A stretch of DNA of 64,000 nucleotides from an uncultured Acidobacteriaceae bacterium (lineage in GTDB: Bacteria > Acidobacteriota > Terriglobia > Terriglobales > Acidobacteriaceae), in assembly GCA_963697045.1 (NCBI GenBank), contig CAVOMO010000001.1, positions 100,444 through 164,443 on the forward strand, written 5' to 3'. The notes under the pieces are model-generated. The model saw only the letters and a program-made list of their open reading frames with translations, did no database searches and was not told where the DNA came from. Within the stretch, counting starts at the first letter, position 1. Each line of letters begins with the position of its first letter. Positions 9,931 to 20,725 of this stretch are shown here, one piece after another. The position numbers and the translations under genes are program-made.

Positions 9931-10653
9931 ATGCATAGTCTTCCTTTGCCAATCGCCGCCTTCGTGGCGGGATTGTTATCGTTTTTGTCTCCGTGCGTGC
10001 TTCCCCTCGTACCGGGCTATGTGTCGCTGATTTCCGGGGCCACCCTGGAGGACCTGCAATCGTCGGACCGGCGCATGCTTCGAACGGTGATGCTGCACTC
10101 CGTCACCTTCGTGTTGGGGTTCAGCGTGGTCTTCATAGCCTTGGGCGCGGTTGCCACCACTGTCGGACAATTCGCCAACGAGTATCACTCGCTGTTGACG
10201 AAAATCGCAGGCATTGTTGTCATCATTTTCGGACTCCACCTGACAGGTCTGCTGAAAATCAAGGCGCTCTACTCCGATAAGCGCCTGCACAACGTGAAGG
10301 GCAGTTCCAGCGTGATTGGTTCCTTCCTGGTGGGCTTTGCCTTTGCTTTCGGATGGACGCCGTGCATTGGTCCCATCCTCGCTGCTATTCTGCTACTGGC
10401 GGAGACGCAGAACACAGTGCTCAAGGGAATTTTGCTGCTGGCCATCTATTCTCTCGGCCTGGCCGTACCCTTTCTGTTGACATCGTTGGGCGTGGACCGC
10501 TTTTTGGCGTTCTACGGGCGCTTCCGCCGTCACCTGCACACCGTCGAAGTCATTAGCGGCGTGCTCCTGATTGCGGTGGGTGTACTCATATTTTTGAATA
10601 ATCTGAAACTGCTTTCCGGCTATCTTTCCTTCCTTAACCGGTTTGCGTTGTGA
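9931..10653 (+). CDS. ccdA: Cytochrome c biogenesis/thiol-disulfide electron transporter CcdA (DsbD beta-domain family)
   Basis: 240-aa polytopic membrane ORF with the two conserved cysteines in LSPCVLPLVPGY and GWTPCIGPIL. Confidence 0.85.
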   Translation: MHSLPLPIAAFVAGLLSFLSPCVLPLVPGYVSLISGATLEDLQSSDRRMLRTVMLHSVTFVLGFSVVFIALGAVATTVGQFANEYHSLLTKIAGIVVIIFGLHLTGLLKIKALYSDKRLHNVKGSSSVIGSFLVGFAFAFGWTPCIGPILAAILLLAETQNTVLKGILLLAIYSLGLAVPFLLTSLGVDRFLAFYGRFRRHLHTVEVISGVLLIAVGVLIFLNNLKLLSGYLSFLNRFAL

Positions 10654-11282
10654 AGGTACTGTTTGTGAAACGTAACGCGCTGGTATTCGTGGTTCTGGTG
10701 GGAGCCATTATTGGAATGCTGGCTGCCGGTAAGTGGCTGGATCGTACCCGCAAGCACGGACCTCTCAAACTGGTGGGCGATGTGAAAGGGGTGAAGGCGC
10801 CCGATTTCGACCTGGCCACCTTGGACGGACAAAGAGTGAAGCTTTCCGACTTCCGCGGCAAAGCCGTGCTGCTGAATTTCTGGGCGACGTGGTGTCCCCC
10901 GTGCAAGATCGAGATGCCTTGGTTTGTCGAGCTGCAGAAGCAATATGGCAAAGATGGTTTGGTGGTCCTGGGTGTGGCCATGGATGACACCGAACCTCCC
11001 AAGATTGCGGAATTTGCGCATCAGATGGGCGTGAACTATCAGGTCCTGCTGGGCACCGATCAGGTTTCGGACGACTATGGCAACGTGCAGTACCTGCCCA
11101 CCACGTTCTACATCGACCGCAACGGAGTCATCGTGGACAAAGCGGCTGGACTGTTTAGTCGCGGGGAAATTGAGAACGACATAAAGAAGATTCTGGCAGG
11201 TAGCCACAACCCTGAAGCTCCCCAAAGCAGCCGCGCATCCGCAGGGAACTCCCTGGCGCCTCCAACAAAGGACGTTCAATGA
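10650..11282 (+). CDS. Membrane-anchored thioredoxin-fold thiol:disulfide oxidoreductase (TlpA/ResA-like)
   Basis: 210-aa ORF with an N-terminal anchor and the WATWCPPC active site. It has a 4-nt overlap with ccdA. Confidence 0.85.
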   Translation: MKVLFVKRNALVFVVLVGAIIGMLAAGKWLDRTRKHGPLKLVGDVKGVKAPDFDLATLDGQRVKLSDFRGKAVLLNFWATWCPPCKIEMPWFVELQKQYGKDGLVVLGVAMDDTEPPKIAEFAHQMGVNYQVLLGTDQVSDDYGNVQYLPTTFYIDRNGVIVDKAAGLFSRGEIENDIKKILAGSHNPEAPQSSRASAGNSLAPPTKDVQ

Positions 11283-11773
11283 CGTGGCGTGCGGGAACCG
11301 TGGCGGCGATCGTGTTCTGCCTTGCTACTCTCGGCTGGGGGCAAGCCCCGGGGGAAAAGCAGCCTTATGTGACCTTGGCGCCGGTTGGAAATGTGCAACT
11401 GCGGGCGGGCGCCAGCACCAGCCTGAACATCGACTTTCGGGTTGGTTCTGAGTTCCATATCAACTCCCATCATCCCAAGGCCGACTACCTCATCCCCACC
11501 GTGCTTAAGTTGAATGCGCCGGAACAGGTTGCCGTGGCCGATTTGAAGTATCCCGCAGGAGAAGACATGGCGTTCGCTTTCGCGCCCAACGATAAGCTGA
11601 GCGTCTATAGCGGGGACTTCGCTGTCAATGTAGTTTTCAAGGTGCCGGACAATGCCGCCCCCGGCAGCTATCCGATTAAGGGTGAATTGCGGTTTCAAGC
11701 CTGCGATCACAGCGCCTGCTATCCGCCCCGCTCAATCCCTGTGCAATTCCAGGTGACAGTGGTCAAGAAGTAA
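11279..11773 (+). CDS. Secreted DsbD N-terminal (alpha) domain-like protein
   Basis: 164-aa ORF with a signal peptide and a C-terminal FQACDHSACYPP motif, which resembles the Cys pair plus YPP of the DsbD alpha / DsbC-corrector domain. It has a 4-nt overlap with the TlpA-like gene. Confidence 0.7.
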   Translation: MTWRAGTVAAIVFCLATLGWGQAPGEKQPYVTLAPVGNVQLRAGASTSLNIDFRVGSEFHINSHHPKADYLIPTVLKLNAPEQVAVADLKYPAGEDMAFAFAPNDKLSVYSGDFAVNVVFKVPDNAAPGSYPIKGELRFQACDHSACYPPRSIPVQFQVTVVKK

Positions 11774-11841
11774 CGTCGCCTTTCGCTCTACGCTTTTCGC
11801 TCTTCGGGCATGCAGATCAGAAAACTTCTTAGAAAAACAGA

Positions 11842-11867
11842 CTCCGTGATCGCTGTGTCTCTGTGGT
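11842..11867. repeat. Solo copy of the CACAGAGACACAG-type repeat (reverse orientation)
   Basis: The sequence ctccgtgatcgctgtgtctctgtggt matches the arms of the nested inverted repeat at 63199-63447. Confidence 0.5.
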
Positions 11868-11889
11868 AAAGGATTTTCGTCTGCCGTCC

Positions 11890-13626
<1,737 letters not shown>

Positions 13627-13734
13627 GCCTTCTGTATCCAGAGGAGCCCGACGTTGTCGCCATCCGTTGGAGGCAAGGTGGGAGCACCGCTGGCCAAGAG
13701 TTCTATTCTACGTGGTTGCGCGTCGCGCCCCAGA

Positions 13735-14229
13735 CTACGGCCAGCAAATTTCGGTCAGCAGCACGCACACGTGCGCAATGGCAGCATTGTCCGTGCCCAT
13801 GCCTTCCGGAGTCTTGGCCTTTATCCCCACGCATGAAGGATCGATGCCAAGCAGTTCGGCGACGTGTTGCTGGATCGCTTTCGCATGTGGCCCAATCTTG
13901 GGTGCGGCGAGGACCAGCGTGCTGTCAACGTTCCCCACGACGTAGCCCGCCTCTTGGATCTGCTTCAGCGCTTCGCGGACGAACAACGTCGAGTCAGCGC
14001 CCTTCCATTTCGGATCAGTCGGCGGAAAGTACGTCCCGATGTCCCCGGCGGCGATCGCGCCCAGCAGCGCGTCGGTCAGGGCATGCAGCAGTACATCGCC
14101 ATCGGAGTGCCCGGCCAATCCTGCGTCGTGTGGAATCAACAGCCCGCCGATTCTCAGCGGGATGCCGGGCTGGAACTCGTGCGAATCCCAGCCAAAGCCG
14201 ATGCGTGGTGTGCATTGTGGATTGGACAA
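13735..14229 (-). CDS. ispF: 2-C-methyl-D-erythritol 2,4-cyclodiphosphate synthase
   Basis: 164-aa ORF with the motifs IGFGWDSHEF and GHSDGDVLLHAL. Confidence 0.95.
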   Translation of the reverse strand: MSNPQCTPRIGFGWDSHEFQPGIPLRIGGLLIPHDAGLAGHSDGDVLLHALTDALLGAIAAGDIGTYFPPTDPKWKGADSTLFVREALKQIQEAGYVVGNVDSTLVLAAPKIGPHAKAIQQHVAELLGIDPSCVGIKAKTPEGMGTDNAAIAHVCVLLTEICWP

Positions 14230-14250
14230 AGTCTTGTGTCTGCCTACGGC

Positions 14251-14991
14251 TTACCCGCCCAGGCTCGCCTTGCGGCGATTCTCCTGCGACAGAAAAAATT
14301 CCGCCAACTCCAGATCCGCGGGCGAGGTGATCTTCATGTTTCGCGGAGAACCCATCACGACATGCACCGTACCTCCGCTGCGCTCGATCAGCGAAGCTTC
14401 ATCCGTGCCCATGAATCCGTCGGCAGTAGCTTCGTCGAACGCCTTTTTGAGCAGGCCGAAGCGAAACCCCTGCGGCGTCTGCGCCAGCACCATGCGCTCG
14501 CGCGGGACGGTCGCAATCACAACCGCGCCATCGGCCGTGCGATCGACCTGCTTCACGGTATCAACCGCGGGCACTCCGGCGATCGCAGCCTGGTATTTCT
14601 TGACGGCTTCAATCACGCCAACGATGGTGTCCTGATCAACGAAAGGCCGCACCGCATCATGCACCAGAACAATGTCCTCGTCGGCCGCGTCGATGGCCGC
14701 CAACGCATTGCCCACGGAGTTCTGCCGGTGTTCGCCGCCCTCAACCACACGAACCGGTTTCTTCAGTTTCTCTTTTTCGAGCTGTTTTTGAAAGCTGGTG
14801 GTCTCGTTTTTTCGCAGTGCCACCACGATCTCGCTGACTGCCGGGCATTGCGCGAACTTGCGCAGCGTATGGAAGAGAATCGGGGTCCCGTCCAGTTCGA
14901 AGAACTGCTTACTCCTGCTCTTGGGAGCGCCAGCGGCACTGGACATGCGCGTGCCCAATCCGGCTGCCGGGATGATGACGATGACCTTCAT
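14251..14991 (-). CDS. ispD: 2-C-methyl-D-erythritol 4-phosphate cytidylyltransferase
   Basis: The ORF track extends to 15108. I prefer the ATG at 14991, which gives MKVIVIIPAAGLGTRM, the canonical IspD N-terminus. Confidence 0.9.
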   Translation of the reverse strand: MKVIVIIPAAGLGTRMSSAAGAPKSRSKQFFELDGTPILFHTLRKFAQCPAVSEIVVALRKNETTSFQKQLEKEKLKKPVRVVEGGEHRQNSVGNALAAIDAADEDIVLVHDAVRPFVDQDTIVGVIEAVKKYQAAIAGVPAVDTVKQVDRTADGAVVIATVPRERMVLAQTPQGFRFGLLKKAFDEATADGFMGTDEASLIERSGGTVHVVMGSPRNMKITSPADLELAEFFLSQENRRKASLGG

Positions 14992-15148
14992 GTTGGGGAG
15001 CGCAGTATAAACGCCCGAACCTGCCAAATACAAATCGCTAAGGAATGGGTTACGGCCCGCGCCTGTCTTTCGTCGCAGGCACCTGATCCGCGGACGAGTT
15101 GGCGTCAAGCTTCGTTTCGCACCGGAACCCGGTGCCAGGTTTGCGACC

Positions 15149-15343
15149 TCAAGTGCTAACTCCGAGTTTGGGCAAGAGCCACTGGGTCACAACGACGTAG
15201 ACGATCACAAACGCGACGAGCAGAAGCCACGCTGGCATAGCTCTATTAAACTCCTCAGGCGAGCTTAATGCCAAGCTTGCGCCAGTAAGGACCATCATCG
15301 GCGCCAATTGCTGAAAGCCGCGACGTCCGGCAGCTAAGCCCAT
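15149..15343 (-). CDS. Possible small membrane protein (weak call)
   Basis: 64-aa ORF with one hydrophobic segment (AWLLLVAFVIVYVVVTQWLL). No homology was recognised and it could be spurious. Confidence 0.25.
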   Translation of the reverse strand: MGLAAGRRGFQQLAPMMVLTGASLALSSPEEFNRAMPAWLLLVAFVIVYVVVTQWLLPKLGVST

Positions 15344-15394
15344 GCATCATGAGGGCACATCGCGGCATCTGGAAACTACGAAGGGGTACTGCAT

Positions 15395-16177
15395 ATGCGA
15401 GGGCCTAAGGTTGTTGTCGCGACGCTGCTATTGGTAGCCTCGGCCTTGATTGCACAAGAAATTCCAGCCGGCACAGCGCTGCCAGTTATGCTGCAGACCA
15501 CGCTGGACGCCCGAAAAGCCAAGGTGGGCCAGAAAATCGAGGCCAGGGTCATGCAGGACGTCCCGCTATCCCCACAGGCACGCATTCGAGCCGGCGCCAA
15601 GCTGGTAGGACACGTCGTCGCGGTGACGCGTCCGACCACGGATCCACGATCGCGCATCGCGATCGCATTCGATCGCTTGATCACGAGTGGCACCGAAATC
15701 CCAGTCGCCACAAGTGTGCGCGCGCTGGCTTCCATGATGGATGTTTTTGAGGCGCAACTGCCCACCAACTCGATTGACGATTATGGAACCACACCCGCCG
15801 ACTGGGTCACGGTGCAAATTGGAGGCGATGCGGTCTATCGCGGAAACGGGACCGTGATGTCTGGCGACCAGGCGGTGGGGAAATCGACAGTTGGAGGCGA
15901 CGTGACCGCCAAGCTGATTGCCTCTCGCGACGGAACTTGCGGAGGGGCCGTAGCTGACAACGACAGGGAGCAGGCACTTTGGTTGTTCTCACCGTCAGCG
16001 TGTGGCGTGTACGGTTTTTCCGACCTGAAGATCGTTCATGCTGGCAGGCAAGATCCGGTCGGCCAGATCATTCTGGAGTCGGACAAGAATGTGCATGTGC
16101 CCGCAGGCAGCGGCTTGCTACTCAGGGTGAAGGGTACTTCCGATCATCTTTCGGTTGCGCCCGCCCCTCCGGCGTAA
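15395..16177 (+). CDS. Hypothetical secreted protein
   Basis: 260-aa ORF with the signal peptide MRGPKVVVATLLLVASALIAQE and plausible non-shadow composition. Confidence 0.6.
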   Translation: MRGPKVVVATLLLVASALIAQEIPAGTALPVMLQTTLDARKAKVGQKIEARVMQDVPLSPQARIRAGAKLVGHVVAVTRPTTDPRSRIAIAFDRLITSGTEIPVATSVRALASMMDVFEAQLPTNSIDDYGTTPADWVTVQIGGDAVYRGNGTVMSGDQAVGKSTVGGDVTAKLIASRDGTCGGAVADNDREQALWLFSPSACGVYGFSDLKIVHAGRQDPVGQIILESDKNVHVPAGSGLLLRVKGTSDHLSVAPAPPA

Positions 16178-16328
16178 GCAGCACGTGTTGGCATGGCGAG
16201 GAGGGTCTTAATCTTACAGAGTCCGAGGGCGAGATAATCGTAGTCCGGCACGCTGGGTAGGCTTAGAATGGGACTCCAAGTACCGTAGCCGGCCGGCGCG
16301 CTGTTTGCGTTTGTTGGTGCGGGCAGCA

Positions 16329-16754
16329 ATGCCACAACTCGACACGATGACGGCTGAAAAGAAAAAACGCAGCAAAGTCCGCGGCGCCTCCGATCCGATC
16401 ATTCCTGACAAGCTATACTTCCGCATCGGTGAAGTGGCCAGCCTTTGTCGTTTGCCGGCTTACGTGTTGCGCTTCTGGGAAACCGAGTTCCCGCAACTCA
16501 AGCCGGTCAAGAGTGGCACCGGGCAGCGAATGTATCGTCAGCGTGACGTGGAAAATGTGCTGCGCATCAAGAAGCTGCTCTACGATGAGGGCTTCACCAT
16601 CGCCGGAGCGCGCGCGCATCTCAAGGCCGAGCTGAAACCCTCGCAGCGGCAGGACGGTTTGCCCTTCCCCAAGCTCCGTTCGACCGACCATCTAAAAAAA
16701 GTCCGCCAGGGCTTGCAGGAAATTCTGGGTATCCTCAACAAGAAGCGAAGGTAG
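16329..16754 (+). CDS. MerR family transcriptional regulator
   Basis: The HTH segment [26 protein letters not shown]...RMYRQRDV is typical of the MerR N-terminal domain. The start is ambiguous (TTG 16305, ATG 16329 or ATG 16347). Confidence 0.8.
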   Translation: MPQLDTMTAEKKKRSKVRGASDPIIPDKLYFRIGEVASLCRLPAYVLRFWETEFPQLKPVKSGTGQRMYRQRDVENVLRIKKLLYDEGFTIAGARAHLKAELKPSQRQDGLPFPKLRSTDHLKKVRQGLQEILGILNKKRR

Positions 16755-16772
16755 GAACTGCTGTCACCTGCT

Positions 16773-16807
16773 GCCCCGCCCTAGCCAAAATCGGGCTAGA
16801 ACGGGGC
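16773..16807. terminator. Hairpin between convergent merR-like and TonB-receptor genes (possible bidirectional terminator)
   Basis: GCCCCG-CC-CTAGCC / GGCTAG-AA-CGGGGC forms two 6-bp stems with an internal loop. There is no clear T-run. Confidence 0.3.
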
Positions 16808-16842
16808 ACCCATGTTATTGGAAGCCATGTAGTAGGCCCACC

Positions 16843-16868
16843 AACTGACTACTGGCTACTGACTACTG
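16843..16868. repeat. Low-complexity CAACTG/GGCTACTG repeat copy
   Basis: The sequence aactgactactggctactgactactg lies just 3' of the receptor gene. Same family as 29090-29127 and 35811-35960. Confidence 0.5.
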
Positions 16869-16873
16869 CTTCC

Positions 16874-19800
16874 CTAGAACGTGACCTTGGCCGCGAACTG
16901 AACGCCGCGTGGGCCGCCTCCACCGAGGAAGGGGTTGCCGATGCCAACGTCGCCGGTAGCGGTCAGGCCGTAATATCCGACACCGCGTCCGTTGCTGGCA
17001 ATCCCGTTGACGCCTGGATCGGCAATGAAGTTGGGCAACTCCGGATTAGCGAAGTTGGGATGATTGAAGATATTGAAAAACTCGGCGCGCAGCTGCAAAT
17101 TGACCCGCTCGGTGATGGCTGTGTCTTTGAACACGGAGAAGTTAAATTCGGTAAAACCCGGGCCGGTCAAACTATTGCGTCCCAGATTGCCAAAGTGCCG
17201 GCTACCCGCGAGGCAATTGCTGTCTCCTGTGGCAGAGGTCGCGGTCGTATTTCCAAACGTGCATGGGACTTGGAAATTGGCCAGATTGAGGAAGTTATTG
17301 GGCGCGTTGCCGTACTGGATCGGCCCCACAACGTCGGGACGGTCAAACCCTTCTCCCGAGCCAGAATAGTCCCCATAAAAATTGTAGTTCAGCGAGAACG
17401 GCTGGCCAGTTTGTACGCTTGCAACTCCATCGAAGCCCCAGCCACTCTTCAGCTTGGTGTAGGCCCCGTTTGATTTGGGAAACAGGTAAGTGAAGTTCCA
17501 GCTGAATCGCTGGCGAATGTCAAAATTGGAATTGCCGCGCTCCAGCTGCGGCGCCAAACTGTTGTTGGGCTGCGAAGCATTGGGAATGAAATCTTCCAGG
17601 TCGCTGGCATTGTCGATGGAGTGCGACCATACGTAGTTTGCCTGGGACGACAGGCCGTGCCAGGAAGTTATGCGGAGCGAGGCCTGCAGCGCGTGGTAGA
17701 TCGATGCGGCGGTTGATTCCTCCTGATTGACATAGAAGAAATTCGGAAACGCAGTGCGCGGCACGTTGAAATTAACGCCATCCGGGCCATCAAAACCCGC
17801 GATGTAGCAATTAGGAGCGGCTTGCCCGTTTGTAGCGCATTGACCCAAATCAAAAGCCGTAATCTGCGCCTGACTGGGCTGATTGATATCGCGGAATCGA
17901 AACAGCCTGGTTCCCTTTGAGCCGACATAGGCAATCTGCATCATGACTTTGTTGGTGATCGCCTGCTGAATGTTGAGGTTCCAGTTCTGAACGTACGGGG
18001 TACGGATGTTCGGATCAACGCCGAAGAAACTGCCGAGTGGTGAAGGACTCCCATACACCGGCATGCCGGCGGTAATTTGACTTAAGTTAGCACTGGAGAA
18101 GGTTATCGGATTCGCTCCAATGCCTACGTAAGCCGGTCCGGGACAGAACGTGCAGTTATAGGGGACATGTGCCAGGAACATGTCTTGTGAGAAAGCGTCG
18201 AAGAAGATGCCGTATCCGCCGCGAAGCACCGTCGAACCCTTGCCGAACACGTCATACGCAAAACCAAAGCGTGGAGCGAAGTTTTTGTAGTCGGGGTTAT
18301 AGAGGCCGGAGGGGCCGCCCGCCGCCCCCACTTGCACCAGGGCCCCGCCGTCTGCGGGAAGGAGCCGGTAGAACTGATCATCCTTCTCGGCCGGCACTCC
18401 AAAGTAATCCCAGCGTATACCAAAGTTCAACGTCAGCCGCGATGTCCAGCGGAAGCTGTCTTGCAAGTACAGCCCTTGACTATTTTCGTGCTCGTGCCGC
18501 CTGGTGTTACCGGCAGCCTGGCTCCCATCCGATGGCAGGCCTTCCAGAAACGCTGTGAGATCGTCGAAGCTGAGCTTGCCACGGAAATTGGAATCCTGGA
18601 CGAGCTCAATCGAGGTCCGGCGGAATTCATACCCGAACTTGATATCGTGGCGGCCAACCTTCCACGAATAGTTGTCGATGAAGTCCCAGTTGGTGTCCAC
18701 GCGCTGCCGGGGCACGCCGGCGCTGGCGCCAATCTTGGAAAAACTGCCCACCGAGATCAGCGGTAGTCCGCCGTTGAAGGAGGAGGTCCCAGTATCTAAT
18801 CCGATTGAGGCGGGAACGAAGCTCTGGTCTTCCGGGAAGAACCCTTCAGCAAAACGGTTCCATCCCACGCGCGCTTCATTCACCTGGGACGAATTAACCA
18901 CCTTCACCCATGACAGGGCGACCAATTGGACGCGCGTCGGCGTCACGGTATTAAAGCCAGGCAGCAGCCCGCCCGCCAACTGCGCAAAGGGAAAGCTCTG
19001 GTCACTATTACCGTAGTAGTAGCGGCCAGAAATGTTGTTGCTGATGTTGGGATTGTAATCAACCTTGGCGATAAGGCTGTCCACGTTGTTAAAGAAGCGG
19101 GTCGATGTCGCCAAATTACCTCCGGAGGGACATCCGGTCAGATCACTGGGTGCTCCGGAAATATTGGGCTGGGGCCAGGGGTTACGCGCCAGTAAGTTAA
19201 GGATGGGCTGACTGACCGCAGTGCCTAGGCCCGCTATGGTTTGCGCAACCAAAGTTGGATCGGGGACGCAGCTCAAACCAGCCTGGGCACCGCTCTCTCG
19301 CTGACCTTCGTAGTCGAAGAAAAAGAATGCCTTGTCTTTTACGATCGGACCGCCCAGCGATCCGCCGAATTGATTGTTCGTGAAGGGATTTTTGGGCTGA
19401 GTATCGACGTTGAAATAGTTGCGCGCACCGAACGCGCCGCTGCGGTAATACTCCAGCGCCGAGCCGTGTAACTGGTTCGTGCCGCTTTTGGTGACGATGT
19501 TGACGATGGCGCCGCTGTTGCGGCCGTACTCTGCTTCGTAGTTGGAGAGGACATGCAACTCCCCGATGGCGTCAATGGGCAGAATGGTCGCCGGATCTCC
19601 GAAGACACCCGCCTCATTGATCGCCGGATCGTTGCGGAAGCCGTCATTCATGTCCGTCCCATCGAGCAAGTAGTTGTTCGAGCGCCCGCGGGAGCCGTTC
19701 ATGGAGAATTCACCGAAAGAACCGGGAGAGTCGCTGATCTGGTCAGGCGAGCCTGCCACGCCGGGATTGAGGTAGATAAGTTTGGTGTAATCGCGGCCGT

Positions 19801-20242
19801 TGACCGGGATATTCTCGATCGTTTGTGAAGTCAGTATGCCGCCCAACTCTGCGCTCGTGGTGTCCACTTGCGGCACTTCGCCGGTCACCTCAATACGCTC
19901 GGCCACCTGCCCTGTCTTTAACGCGACATCCACGCGGCGGTCGCTGGCAACATCGACCACCACGCCGTTGGTCACCGAAGTCTGAAAGCCGCTCTGCGAA
20001 ACCGTGACCGTGTAGTTGCCGAATGGCAACTCGCGGGCGCTATAGGTGCCGTCGGCAGTTGTCTGAGTAGTGCGCTCCAATCCGGTATCGACGTTGCGGA
20101 CCTTGACGGTGGCGCCAGAAACTACGGCGCCAGATGGATCTGTAACTGTTCCGAGAACCGTTCCGCGAAAGGTCTGCGCGGGAACACAAATAACTGCCAG
20201 GAGCAGCATCAGGACGAGAAGCACGAAACGCTTGCGGTTCAT
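16874..20242 (-). CDS. TonB-dependent receptor with N-terminal carboxypeptidase-regulatory-like domain
   Basis: 1122-aa ORF with a signal peptide. The N-terminus reads GTVTDPSGAVVSGATVKVRNVDTGLERTTQTTADGTYS (CarboxypepD_reg style). A long beta-barrel body follows, ending in the aromatic terminal residue F. Confidence 0.9.
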   Translation of the reverse strand: MNRKRFVLLVLMLLLAVICVPAQTFRGTVLGTVTDPSGAVVSGATVKVRNVDTGLERTTQTTADGTYSARELPFGNYTVTVSQSGFQTSVTNGVVVDVASDRRVDVALKTGQVAERIEVTGEVPQVDTTSAELGGILTSQTIENIPVNGRDYTKLIYLNPGVAGSPDQISDSPGSFGEFSMNGSRGRSNNYLLDGTDMNDGFRNDPAINEAGVFGDPATILPIDAIGELHVLSNYEAEYGRNSGAIVNIVTKSGTNQLHGSALEYYRSGAFGARNYFNVDTQPKNPFTNNQFGGSLGGPIVKDKAFFFFDYEGQRESGAQAGLSCVPDPTLVAQTIAGLGTAVSQPILNLLARNPWPQPNISGAPSDLTGCPSGGNLATSTRFFNNVDSLIAKVDYNPNISNNISGRYYYGNSDQSFPFAQLAGGLLPGFNTVTPTRVQLVALSWVKVVNSSQVNEARVGWNRFAEGFFPEDQSFVPASIGLDTGTSSFNGGLPLISVGSFSKIGASAGVPRQRVDTNWDFIDNYSWKVGRHDIKFGYEFRRTSIELVQDSNFRGKLSFDDLTAFLEGLPSDGSQAAGNTRRHEHENSQGLYLQDSFRWTSRLTLNFGIRWDYFGVPAEKDDQFYRLLPADGGALVQVGAAGGPSGLYNPDYKNFAPRFGFAYDVFGKGSTVLRGGYGIFFDAFSQDMFLAHVPYNCTFCPGPAYVGIGANPITFSSANLSQITAGMPVYGSPSPLGSFFGVDPNIRTPYVQNWNLNIQQAITNKVMMQIAYVGSKGTRLFRFRDINQPSQAQITAFDLGQCATNGQAAPNCYIAGFDGPDGVNFNVPRTAFPNFFYVNQEESTAASIYHALQASLRITSWHGLSSQANYVWSHSIDNASDLEDFIPNASQPNNSLAPQLERGNSNFDIRQRFSWNFTYLFPKSNGAYTKLKSGWGFDGVASVQTGQPFSLNYNFYGDYSGSGEGFDRPDVVGPIQYGNAPNNFLNLANFQVPCTFGNTTATSATGDSNCLAGSRHFGNLGRNSLTGPGFTEFNFSVFKDTAITERVNLQLRAEFFNIFNHPNFANPELPNFIADPGVNGIASNGRGVGYYGLTATGDVGIGNPFLGGGGPRGVQFAAKVTF

Positions 20243-20725
20243 GGTCGCCTCAGTCGGAGAGAGCTATTGGGCGGTGATTATAAACAACAGGACGGGCGGA
20301 GAACAAAACTCGGGAGGATGGGCTTCGGTGAAATCTGCACATTGGTGGTGTGGCGGCGGCCCGGAATCAAAAAAGTGAGCAACCAAGTCCTTCCCGTTTT
20401 GGGAATGAGAGGCCCTAGTCGCAATGAAATTGGTGTCAATGCAGCTGCGAAAGGGACACAATGGTCCTGGTAGGTACCCCCCACGACATTGGCCCGTTGG
20501 GTGGTAACCTCTAGCGGTTCTTGTTCTTCCGTTAGCCCCCAGAGAAAGCCCACTCTGCACAAGAGTGCATCTGCCAGACCGAATCGGGGTCGCACCGCGA
20601 CAAACTTATTTACGACCCAGTCAGAGACCTTCGAGTTAGCACCGCCGCGTCGGGAACGAACCGATAATGCGGTGACGTGCTCGTCGGGCTTGAAGTCCAT
20701 TCGCCAGTTTCCAGGAGAAACTTAA

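Noticed and set aside
13864-15159. 431-aa ORF on the plus strand spanning ispF and ispD
   Set aside because: It is antisense to two genes with unmistakable motifs. Its translation is Arg/Ala/Gly/His-rich low-information sequence, typical of shadow ORFs in high-GC DNA.
20243-20725. Possible riboswitch (e.g. cobalamin) in the 483-bp region between the TonB-dependent receptor and the repeat-protein gene
   Set aside because: I read both strands and found no B12-box-like element or other conserved riboswitch core that I recognise. The short ORFs listed here have shadow-like composition.
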